DNA of 64,000 nucleotides, from the NCBI GenBank assembly GCA_029953675.1, contig JAMWBK010000004.1, positions 992,001 to 1,056,000 of the forward strand, read 5' to 3'. This document shows, in pieces, positions 10,446-20,929 of the stretch. Made by a program: the position numbers and the translations under genes. Below the pieces are notes generated by a model. It saw only the letters and a list, made by a program, of their open reading frames with translations. It searched no databases and was not told where the DNA came from. Each line of letters begins with the position of its first letter. Position 1 is the stretch's first letter. The stretch is from Rhodosorus marinus CCMP1338 (Eukaryota; Plantae; Rhodophyta).

Positions 10446-11843
10446 CTAGTTCCGGGCAACGAAAGTCGGGACTCGTTTTGGCTTTACGCCGATATTGGGC
10501 TGAGCGAAGCCCAGCTCGCATGCCGCTCTGTAGTTGACCCGTCTGAAGCTCGATTTCACTGTATACTGTTCTCCAAAGATGCCCTTGTACTTGAGCACGA
10601 GTCTGGCCGAATCAACTTCGACGTAATAGGGTCCGCCAGCGATCGGTTTGTACAGGTTGGAAATGGCAATTCCGTTGTTGTTAAAATACCAATCGAAGGT
10701 CTCCCCGTTGGGTTGGTTGGCGTACTCGATGTATCCTGTTCCGATCAACGCAGCTTGTGAGACAACCACTGTTCTGAACCTGAACTGGAAAGGGCATATC
10801 TTCTCCATATTCGTAGCTGGTGCCCAGAACTTGTTGATCCTGATTGTGTTCCTGTGTATCAGCGTGGGCATCCGGTAGCTTAGGCACAGGCTATCGTTGA
10901 ACTCGAAGAAGTCATGAAGTTGCAGGTTTCCAAGGATCCAGTTCTTTAGCACAGCTCCTATGGGATGGTCGTCCACGTCGTGCTCCTCAAGCTTCTGAAT
11001 GATCACGTGTTTGAGTTCGTCCATGATGAGCTCGTCGAGATCAACAGTAAGCAGATCCTGAACTGTTTTGCTCGTCGCATAGTCCATCATAATGCTCTCA
11101 ATTTCGTCCTTGATGAGCTTCTTGACGTCCACAAACTTTTCGATGATGTCCAGGAACGTATCCAGAATCCAAGAATCCAACGCCACCTCAAAGTCAACAA
11201 CGACATCCACCGGCACCAGTCTGACGGTCGGCGAGCTGTCCTTCGATTGAATGTCAAACTTGGCTTTGACATTGAGACCGTTGAAGTGGCCCTTTTTGTT
11301 TAGAAGGTTGATATTACACGGATTCTTTGTGATTTTGTGGTAGCATTCGACCTGGATCTCATTGCCTCTCTGTTCGAAATCAAGCTCCAACACAACGAGC
11401 ACACCACCTTGCGGGTTTTCCTCGAGATATGTTTTGATTCCCCAAGGTTGGGACACGATGTCCTTGATGTAGAGCCAGTAGCGCCTGTTGAGAATAGCCT
11501 TCTTGATGGGAGGAATGTCGAACGATATCGGATCGAGACCAGGGAGAACCACGTGAGAGGTCTGCTTTTCCCAGTTCTTCTTGGATTTGTTGTACGGCCC
11601 AAGGTTGTTGAGACTGATCTCTGATTGGCTGAGCAAACCGTTCAAAACGTCTATCACGGAGTCATTGGGCACGCAGAGGTAGTCATCGACGTATCCACCC
11701 TGTGTATTGGATCGGTGTAGTTTTCCAGGAGACAAAAAATCAACGAACTTGGTGTTGGCAAACTCAAGCGCACCACGGACCGAGCTTACAATCGCAACCA
11801 GGAGCACCACCACCACCGCTTTCGTGTATGCGTTTTTCTTCAT
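10446..11843 (-). CDS. Secreted protein, 465 aa, intronless; possible BPI/LBP (TULIP)-like domain plus a beta-rich C-terminal domain
   Basis: Start at MKKNAYTKAVVVVLLVAIVSSVRG (signal peptide) in a long uninterrupted ORF. Long beta strands followed by the amphipathic helix DSWILDTFLDIIEKFVDVKKLIKDEIESIM. The fold call is inference. Confidence 0.8.
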   Translation of the reverse strand: MKKNAYTKAVVVVLLVAIVSSVRGALEFANTKFVDFLSPGKLHRSNTQGGYVDDYLCVPNDSVIDVLNGLLSQSEISLNNLGPYNKSKKNWEKQTSHVVLPGLDPISFDIPPIKKAILNRRYWLYIKDIVSQPWGIKTYLEENPQGGVLVVLELDFEQRGNEIQVECYHKITKNPCNINLLNKKGHFNGLNVKAKFDIQSKDSSPTVRLVPVDVVVDFEVALDSWILDTFLDIIEKFVDVKKLIKDEIESIMMDYATSKTVQDLLTVDLDELIMDELKHVIIQKLEEHDVDDHPIGAVLKNWILGNLQLHDFFEFNDSLCLSYRMPTLIHRNTIRINKFWAPATNMEKICPFQFRFRTVVVSQAALIGTGYIEYANQPNGETFDWYFNNNGIAISNLYKPIAGGPYYVEVDSARLVLKYKGIFGEQYTVKSSFRRVNYRAACELGFAQPNIGVKPKRVPTFVARN

Positions 11844-13449
11844 CCTTGATGATATTCTCCTCTGTTGTTCTTGATGCCCTCGTCTATGAGGCCAGTCCCC
11901 CCACAACCAGCTCCGACTGGTACTTATAGTCGTCTTCTCAGCGTCAATAGAACGACCCAAGTTATGGCCAGAACGGTTGACGTATGACTGCCCTGAGAAC
12001 CGATCATCATAAAACTTTCCGAGAAGACCCTTAGGATCAAGGCAATGCCTATGACCGCGACAGTATTCAGCGCTCGATCAAGGCCGCATCGAGACCGAGA
12101 AGCAGACGCGCACAATAATTCCCTGTGCCAGGGCAATCTGCGGTATATTCTGATAGGTAACGGACCCTGGCAGCCAGATTGCCACGTACTATGGCGATAT
12201 TGTGAGCAGCAAAAGTCCCCCCTCCCAGACCAGAGGTCCCACTCGGTATACCCCGCACTCCAAAAATAGCTCATCGATGACAATATTCCTGATGAAATCC
12301 ATATCAATCTATGCGTATCCCAGCCCACTACATCGAACCGCCTGGGCAGCCATCTATCGATTACCCTCAAACCTTCCTTGAGCACAAAAGTGAACGAAAC
12401 TATGCCTGCGCCAGGCTTAGCACCACCCGATCCGCGGTAAGCAACCGTGACCAAAAAGCCAACCGTCTTATTATTTGCAAGCTGGCTGTCCACATGAATA
12501 TGAAAAAAAGGAAATATATAAAGACAAACTAAATTTTAATGAGATAACGAGTAGTATAAAAGTAGAACATCAGTGGAACGAAGTCTTTTATTTCGTAAAA
12601 ACAAAAGTTGTGTTTTTGAGTTTTAACCAATCATTAGTTTTAATAGATGATAAACAGTTTTAGAGTATTTTCATTCGTGTATAAGAAAAACTTAACGATC
12701 TTAACAGGCTAGTTGATATATGTCTTGTTCTATTATATGGAGCTCTTTCTAATTATAGAAGCTGTGGATAGCCCGTTCATTCAAACAGCCAATTAACAAT
12801 CTCTAATTGATTGGCTAGCATTGCGTCCCAACGAAATGGGACAAGCTCCGGGAAAGAGGCTTCTGAGTCGTCCAGAGTTGGGAAGCCCTAATAAACAATT
12901 CATTCAATTGCGGATGAAGGGCTTACAGGCAATTTCGGATTATCACTGACCTGTAGGTAGCTTGACCATCGCCATGGACGGTTTACGTTTGGTACGCCTT
13001 CTTTCTCCATGCGCCACCACGGACAACCGCGCTGTGTGGTCTTTTTCGGTTGTCTATTGCGCTCTGATGGAGGCGAAGGCACAAAGTCAGCTAGTTTAAC
13101 GTTCTATAGTAGCCAGGTCAAGGCCGTCCTAGTCGCCACAGCAGAGCGACTGGTTGACCGAGCAGGTGTCACAGCATATCTCCGACAAATGCTGACAAGC
13201 CTTAGGTACAGGTATACACCCTTACCCGTTGGCGACTGGCTTAATAGCTTTCCAGTATTACGAAAATATCTGTCGTCCATATCTCCGGTTCCTTCCAGTA
13301 CGGTCTTTTACAGGCAATCACCGCCGCCAACTGAAATGAATTGGTTTAACTGGTGCACAGGATCACAGCAGGATTAACCCAGAAACCCTCCATCACTGGT
13401 CAATCAGCTTCATACCACTGCTCTCAACGCATAAATTGTACTGTTGTAC

Positions 13450-13620
13450 GGCTTGTTCCGCGAACGCGCTGACCGTCCTTCCCCATTGCTTACCCGTCTA
13501 GGTTTCCTACTGCAGCGCATGAACGCTGGTTTGATATTGGAGACGCGGCGCCTTCGCCGCGCGTAGTCTTTTTTTCCCGCAATCTTTTTGCTCTAGTATT
13601 AAACCAATGCGTTCAATACA
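13450..13620 (+). mobile_element. Family A 3' fragment
   Basis: LFRERADRPSPLLTRLGFLLQRMNAGLILETRRLRRA* followed by a T-rich 3'UTR. Confidence 0.75.
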
Positions 13621-13650
13621 GAATTTGTAACCTCTCAAATTCTCTATTCT

Positions 13651-13728
13651 GGGCTTTACCAGCATAGCCTGAAACGCTACGCAAGGCGTGAAAAGAAACT
13701 AAGAACTAGGGAGGGAAGCGTGCAAACC
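13651..13728 (-). mobile_element. Short family B 3'-end insertion (78 bp) with 7-bp TSD
   Basis: TSD CTATTCT at 13644-13650 and 13729-13735; carries the stop, 3' stem-loop and tail GGTAAAGCCC. Confidence 0.8.
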
Positions 13729-14589
13729 CTATTCTAACTATGAATACATCCTGGCAGGTGTCAGAAGTAGGTAATTAAAGAATCTTTTCACTTTCCATAA
13801 GTCAGCAGATGTGCAGCAAACCCGAAGGTTGCGAGGGTCAACGTACCTGGATTTACTACAACCATAGAACACGACGATGAGGAAGACTTGCAACGGAAGA
13901 GTGCAAGGGATTGCGCAGCTGGGTTTGCTACGACCGTGGAAACGTCTGGGGGAGAACCCCGACTACTGAAATGAACTGGGCAGGGAGAAAAAGAAAAGGA
14001 GCCATGTCTGCGATTATTATTGAATCAGGGGACCAAATAAGACACAATTAAAGAACCGCCATCGCGCGCGAGCAGGCAATAATATTCCCTGCGATAGAAG
14101 GGCGAAAACGCCTGCGTATTTCCTCGTAATCTATTTCTCATAGCTGTGCTTCCTCGCAGTTCTCAGTTCCTTGTAGAATTTCAATTGCTTCATAGAGGGG
14201 GGAAGAGGTAAGCCTGCCCGCCTGCGGGGCGTCGTCAATCTGAGTATTTCAACCAGGACTTTGCCTGGCCCAAGTCATGGACTAAAAAGAATGGTTCAAC
14301 AGTCGTGTGGATACTAGATCGACAATAGGAAACCGGCTGAAACCCGACACTGGCAGGTTGGGTCCCTTTATGAGGTACGCAGAGAGGTTGCAGAGAGCGC
14401 GCGCCCTGAACTAAGGCACCATTACAGCACCAGAGAGTGGGATTCACACAGTTGAGCACCAAATCATTAACCGTAATACCGAGCAACCCCACCGCTATCT
14501 AAGAATCCGACGACATCCATGGCTAAGCATGTAAGCAGATGGGTCAGGTGAGACTGCAAAGCCACAGCGGGGCCAGGTGCCTCCGATTG

Positions 14590-14695
14590 CACTGATCTCC
14601 TTTTGCTTCCGCAGACTACGAAAATGACGAACGACGAGTGGCTGACCTCGTGCTCACCTGTTAAGATAGCCACCGTACGACGCGAGTTGTAGGTT
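14590..14695 (+). mobile_element. Old family A RLE fragment, left part, split by the full-length family B insertion; right part is 19536-19870
   Basis: ADYENDERRVADLVLTC*DSHRTT continues after the insertion as VDLAVSNPDASRYLPAAGERRG. Confidence 0.75.
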
Positions 14696-17600
14696 CAACC
14701 TGTTTGAGTAGTCTGGGGTTGGGTATCGAGGCTATGCTAGTTGTCGAGGATTGGGGTTTTGTTTCTTTTTCGGTCGCGAGCGTGTTCGTTTACGGGAAGC
14801 GCTTCCTCTGGTACGCCTTCCCCTCGATTTTCCGCGGGGCGTCGTTTGCATTTGCAACTACTTCTGTCTTCCGGGTGGGTGAGTTGCGGGGCCTTTCCTA
14901 TTTGGGTTGGGTTTGGTCGATTATTCTCTCGGTGCGGTTTCATATTGGTGGTGCAACGTTTCCTTGGCGGATTCCCTCAGGATGGTAGGGATATCTCCGC
15001 ACTCGACGGAGCCTCCTCCCAAGGAGGCACTGCCAGGTGGGGGACTCCGTGTTCGCCTCAGCTGCGGCACGTTTTCTTCCGAGGTTGACTTGGAAGGCGC
15101 TTCTGGCACCCAGGCGCGTTCACTTATCTCCGCTGTCACCAGCCTGATCACGGCTGCGAGTGATCGTGGAGTGCTCCCTCAGCTCACCCAGAAGCTAGGT
15201 GGGCTGGAATCGGGATTGCTGGCCAGGTCAAATTCAAATTCGGACGAGAATTTGAATTGCCCCAGAGTGGCAGCGTTGGCTGAAGGCAGTCAACATCCGG
15301 TCAATCAACATGAACCTGTCCCGGGACAGGCGAGGGCTGTTGCTTCTGCGCGGGACAGTACGACGTTGGGGAGCGGCAGGCCGGGCCAAAACGCGCTTCA
15401 GCGCTCGGGGACTCGAGGCAATGGTGGTGGTGACTGTGCGGCAACCGGTGTGGAGGAGACTGCAGCTGTGGACTTCCCTCTCTTGGACCAGCCCTCAGGT
15501 GGTCACCAGCTCCCGGCTACTTCGGGGGCACGTGGTGGCCGCAAGGGGGCGCTTCGTACGCATCAGTCTTGCGGAAGGGCACCACTGCCACACGTACGGC
15601 GGCTATGCTCCGTTTCATACCATCTCGCGAGCCTCAGGATGGACCTGTGGAGACCACTCTCCAATTTCTGTGGGTGCGAAATGTCCGGCCCCAGACTACA
15701 CGAGGACAGGTTCCGTCTATGCGAGACTTCCGGGACACTTTTGCGGAATCGTTAGGGTGCAGCAGGGGTGATTTCTTCTTCGCAAACTATGAGGGCCGCG
15801 ATGTGCTGTTTTTGGTCTCCGCAACCGCCGCCAAGTACCTGGAGGCCTTGCTGGCGAAGCCTACCGAGCAGTGGCCTGAGAGCGCCCGGTGGCTGCGCTG
15901 CAACCCGCAGGTGGTTTTGCACTTCGATTTTGACCGTTTCTCGGGCAATTTCCTGTCTCCGGGAGAAACGGCAGGGCTCTCTGAGCATGAGAGCAGCGTG
16001 AAGGCGGCAGCGATCCATTGGCTACGGATTCAGCGCCTTGAGAGGATCTTGTTGGCGCGGTTCCGGTCGGGCCCTCGTCACCTGCGCATGGCGGTTTCCA
16101 GTTTCTTCGATCTGGAGAGGCGACTTGTGCTGACTTCGCGCTACAAGACAGAGCTGCAGCGGTTGGGGATTTTGGAGGGCTCTGCTTCCAGCACTACTTC
16201 CAGCGAGAGTGGTGAGGCAGGGGAGCAGACTGAGGGCATGGCGGTGGAGGACGCCCAGGTTACTTTGCTGAAGCCCGCGGGATCCGTTCCGCGAGCCTCG
16301 CGGAGTGGGAGGCTCACGACTTTGGTGCGGATAGGAGGTAAGAGAGCGAGGACCGACTCCCCGGGTCTAAGGGGAGAAGCACGATTAGCGCTCAGGCACG
16401 GCTGCGAGGTCGCAGCCTATGGATCTACAGTCTTATGTCCTGAAGGAGGGCGGAGACTGGGGCATTTGGCGTACGCGTTTTCGGAGTTGGCTCCGGCGGT
16501 GGATTTCTTTGGAAGGAGGCTCGCTTCCCTCCGTGGGGGCATTCCCCCAGTCGTCCTTCCTCGTGGAGACCTTCTAGTAGCTGGAACCATTCTCGATTTC
16601 ATCTTCACGAGCCTGGCTCGCAACATTCGGGACACAGTCATTTGGGTTTTTCTGGGGTCATGCCGCGCCTGATTCTGGCCCCCATTCACACATCGGAGCG
16701 CAGATGGCGAGTACGAGACCGACTGGCCCTGTTCTTGAAGGGAGACTTCGAAGTACTACAGCGCAGCTATTTGGCGTCGTCAGCACCATCCGCCCGTCGG
16801 ACTCGGCATGGCACAGTGTCGCCCGTGCCAGCTCGAGTACAGAAATTGGTAGCAGTGGGCGATTTAAGTCGAGCGGCGCGGGTTTTGGAGGGCCAGGCGC
16901 CTGTCCTCCCCTACGATGATAGTCTCGCCCAGACGGTGTCGTCTTTGTTCCCTGAGTCCGACGTGGATTTGTCCCCTGAATTCGAGGTATTCTTGGACCG
17001 TCCGGAGTTGGCCAGGTTTCGCATCGATCTGACGCTCAGTGAGTCTGACCTGGAGGATTTGCTTCGTACCTCGCGTCGGGGACGCTGTCCTGGACCCTCC
17101 GGACTAAGAACAGAGCTATTGCAGGCCCTGAGCCAGCCTGGCCAGAGCGCGCTTCTGAGGATCCTTAACAAGTTGTTCCAGGGCGTATCGGGTGCGTCCG
17201 CGCCATGGGAACATCTCCGGCAGGCACAGCTTTGCTTGCTCACGAAACCTGACCACCAGCCGGCCCACCCGCGTCTCCGGCCGATCGGGATGGTGGAGAG
17301 CCTACGGAAGTTAGCCGGGAGGTGGCTATGCCAGCGCCTTCGCCAGCGCGTCACAGCTTTTATGGCGCCCTTGCAAGTAGGGGTGGGATTTTCTGGGGGT
17401 TGCGAACTGATCACCCATGGGATCGAGCTAGAACGCGCCAGTAGGCCGGAGTGGGGAGTCTTGGTGGTTGATTTCCGGAACGCATTCAACAGCGTGTCGC
17501 GGACGCATGCGCTAGAGGTGCTCCGACGTGTGTTTCCGGAGGCGTGGCCGTTTCTATCGGGTATTTACGGAGGGGAGAGCCTCCCCTACTTGACAACGGA

Positions 17601-19535
17601 GGGCACTGTTTTTCAAGCACATACTGGCGTCCAACAAGGCGACCCTTGCGGACCTCTTCTTCATGCCTGTGCCCTACAGCTTGTACTTTTACGTCTTTCG
17701 ACTGAGGTCTCGGATCTTCGAATCTGCGCGTACCACGATGACGTAACATTGCTGGGCACCCCTGACACCCTGGCTAGGGGACTGACCGCGATCGAAGCGA
17801 TTGCACGTCGCGTCGGTTTGACTGTGGAAACAGAAAAATGTCGCTTTCTCCCCCCGAGGGACGTGTCGCTGAACTCTCTGCCACCCACTCTGCGACTAAT
17901 CAGCGAACGTGAAGGGTTCGAACACCACGGCGTCGGATTGGGGACTGACAACTTTGTCCAAGCATCCTGCGAGCGAGTTTTGGCACGGCACAAGCAACTC
18001 ACCGACGCCATTGAGCACCTACCCGACAGCATGCTGCAATCGGCCTGCTTGCTTTCCCGCTTTTGTGCCGGTCCCAGACTCAACTACTGGTTGCGCAGCC
18101 TGCCTCCAGCTTGGGGCTCGTGGATCGCGGCTAAAGCCGACGAAATGACCCTGCAACACTGGGGAACGCTCTTGGATGAGCCCCTCGATCTTGAAGCTGC
18201 TCCCGACAGGGACTTTATTCGTGCACAGATCGCTCTACCGTTGCGATTAGGGGATTCGGCGTCGCAGACCGTGGGCTGGTATGCTCGCCAGCGGCGGTTG
18301 CCTCCTGGGCTACCGCGCTGCGAACGTTGGTGACCTTCCGGATGCGAAGTGCCTGCCTCTTGGCTCGAGCTTTGACCAACGAGGATCCAGTGACCCTGCC
18401 GCCCCCGCTTTTGACAATTTATGATGGTCTTCAACACGCGTTCAGGAGGTGCAACGCCGTGCCGGACGCAAATCGGTCCCGCTTTCGTTCCTGGAGGGAG
18501 CTGTTATGGGGACGAGCTGAAGCGATTGAGGATTCTCCCCTCGACCGAGTTCTTGCCGATGACGGAGAGGCTAGCCCCGGGTCCCCTGTTGCAGACTACC
18601 CGGGTTTGAGCCGATTGTGGAGCTCCCGCACTGATGTGATTCAACATAGCCTCACCTGGGGCCAACACAGTGCCGCTCACACAGTCATGCTCAATTCTCC
18701 TCTCACGCCGCCTACCACTGCCGCTCGTCTCCGCGGCATGGGAGGCCACCTCTCGCACTTGTGGTTAACCACTCTACCGTCGTCATTGAGTCATCGTCTC
18801 GATGCTTTCCAGTTCCGTTCTGCCGCACGCATCTATCTCGGTTTGCCACAGGCTCCGTGGCACTCTAATCGGCCGTCTTTCTGTCAGGGATGTGAGAGCC
18901 GGATTGACGCTTGTGGCTACCACTTCCTGGGTTCCTGCGGACTGTTGCGAGGTCTCCGTACGAGGCGTCACACTCGCCTCAAGTACATCCTCAGCGAATC
19001 TTTGACTCGGATAGGGCATACGGTTGAGGTTGAGTCGGAACTGCCCAGATCCATCTCGGACTCTGCACCGCCCCGTTGTATAGCCGATCTCCTCGTCTCC
19101 GACGCTGCTGCCAGACGCTCAACATATGTGGACCTTGCGATTACCTGCCCCGTGGCCAGCGCCCACCTCACCGCAGCCGCCCGCCGCCGGGGGGCCGCGG
19201 CTTCAGCCCTTCGAAGAGTTAAGGAACGACGGTATGCTGAGAGCATGGCCAGTCTGCCTTGCGCTGAGGGTCGCTCTCACCGGTTCCAGCCATTCATTGT
19301 GCAAAGCTTTGGTCACGTCGATAAGTCGGGTTTAGAGTGGTTGCGGAAATGTTTTGCTGAGCATCCTACTGAATATTTGGCGCTCTTGAGGCGTTTAAGT
19401 GTCTCCCTTTGGCGATATTCCAGCGACATGCTTTCCGAGGCGCGCCATCGGCGCCTGGGGTTGCATGCTTCCCTCCCTAGTTATTAGTTCATCTTCACGC
19501 CTTGCGTAGCGCTTCAGGCTATGCTAGTAAAGTCC
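14696..19535 (+). mobile_element. Family B CRE-like RLE non-LTR retrotransposon, apparently full length (4.84 kb), 11-bp TSD
   Basis: TSD AGTTGTAGGTT at 14685-14695 and 19536-19546. The region from 14750 matches the start of the copy at 60745. 3' end is CTAGTAAAGTCC. Confidence 0.92.
14982..19487 (+). CDS. Family B polyprotein, about 1500 aa when three -1 frameshifts are bridged: RRM-like region, RT, CCHC, RLE
   Basis: Frames 14907, 15569, 16642 and 18327 join via 1-bp-short G runs at about 15545, 16655 and 18250; the 56-60 kb copy has one more G at each. Motifs RCPGPSGL, LRPIG, DFRNAFN, GVQQGDP, YHDD, CQGC..H..SC, RH, IADL..YVD..KERRY. Confidence 0.85.
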
Positions 19536-19870
19536 AGTTGTAGGTTGATCTTGCTGTTTCTAATCCTGACGCTAGTCGCTATTTGCCGGCTGCGGGAGAG
19601 CGCCGTGGATTTGCCGCTGCAAGTATGAAACGCCGCAAACAAGTGAAACATGCGGAGGCTTTGCCTTCCCCAGGCATTTGTACTTGGGCTCTAGCTCATC
19701 ACTTGGTAGCTCTGATCATTGAGTGCTCTGGGTCTATGGATTCTGTTGGTTCTCGTTGGCTTCGTGAGTTGTTCCGAGAACGCCCTGACCGTCTGTACTC
19801 GTTGTTTACGCGTGTAAGTTTCTTTTTGTGGCGTATGAAGGATGTTATTTTTTGATGTTGGAGGCGCGCG
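19536..19870 (+). mobile_element. Old family A RLE fragment, right part
   Basis: ASRYLPAAGERRGFAAASMKRRKQVKH..LVALIIECSGSMDSVGSRWLRELFRERPDRL. Confidence 0.8.
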
Positions 19871-20823
19871 GGAAATCGTCAGGGCCAATCGCCGAGATAA
19901 TTTCCGACGGGCAAATGTTCTTCCTTCGAGATGCAAATCGGCCCTCCCGCGTAATCTAAGAGGCAAACGTGAGAGGATCGAAACTGCACACAACGGAAAA
20001 CTCATATACCGCGCATGCGACAACGTGAGGGCGTGAGCGCCGGCGAATACGCCACGGAATTCAAGATAACGCTGGAGCGCTCGCCCCCAAACCTGGGCTA
20101 CCAGCCGCGCTCGAACAACGAAAAGCTCGTATCAAAGTTAAAACCATATAGTCACGTATGTGTTGGGATCTTGGACTTACCCTCGGGATAGTTAGAGGAG
20201 GTAGGATCGGATCGACTGTTGGTTTATTTGTACAGTCGTCGACCTTGACTTGGGTTAATGTTCGTGGCAATTAGTAATAGCCGTTATTAGATTAGAATCC
20301 CGCTGAAGACTACATTAGAGTTGCTTGGAGGCGAGACATATACGTTTAGAATCTGAGCCGACTTAGAAGAATTGGAGCAAACCCTGCGGGACCCATATAA
20401 ACCAATTTCGTTCGCATACTAGTAAGGGATCTTCCAAGGTAAGTAGTAAATTGTCATATACTCGAAAGGCATCGTATGCTCATACACCTTATGTTCCAAT
20501 ATGTTCAGGAGATCTGGCCTGTGGGAGTCTTTCGGAAAATGGAGGGCAAAAATTTGAACAAACCCTGGTGTTTGAATGTCCTATATCCTCTTGATTATCC
20601 ATTTATTCCGAACCAACCACACTTGATGGCTTCTAGGATCACCATATATACAATTCCAGTCTCCGAGATCCTTGGACTTACGGAAAACGTTCATGCATGT
20701 GCATGCGTGCAAAATCCCTAATCCAACCCTACCTTGATCCCTAATACTCTATTAGCTGACAAAATACGGGTCACTACTGGTGACTACAGTGGCTCTGTCA
20801 TAGTAACCCTGTTCGTCACTTAG

Positions 20824-20837
20824 CCATTCGTTCGTTC
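20824..20837 (+). mobile_element. Tail-only family A micro-insertion with a degenerate 9-bp TSD
   Basis: GTCACTTAG-CCATTCGTTCGTTC-ATCACTAAG (7/9 match). Confidence 0.45.
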
Positions 20838-20929
20838 ATCACTAAGTCCGACTTCTATAGAAACTCCCCGACAAAGCCCTGTCAAAATAAGGATCTTGAT
20901 TGGTTGTTGGCCTTCTCGATTGACCAATG

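Noticed and set aside
11924-12493. 189-aa minus-strand membrane-like ORF
   Set aside because: No recognisable motifs, coding signal seems split across frames, and there is no supportable product call.
14696-14980. HDV-like ribozyme at the family B 5' end
   Set aside because: I could not fold a nested double pseudoknot by eye; an Infernal or RNArobo search would be needed.
16704-18758. Numerous antisense and alternate-frame ORFs over the RT regions (also 57213-59217)
   Set aside because: Shadow ORFs of GC-rich coding sequence; repeated only because the element is repeated.
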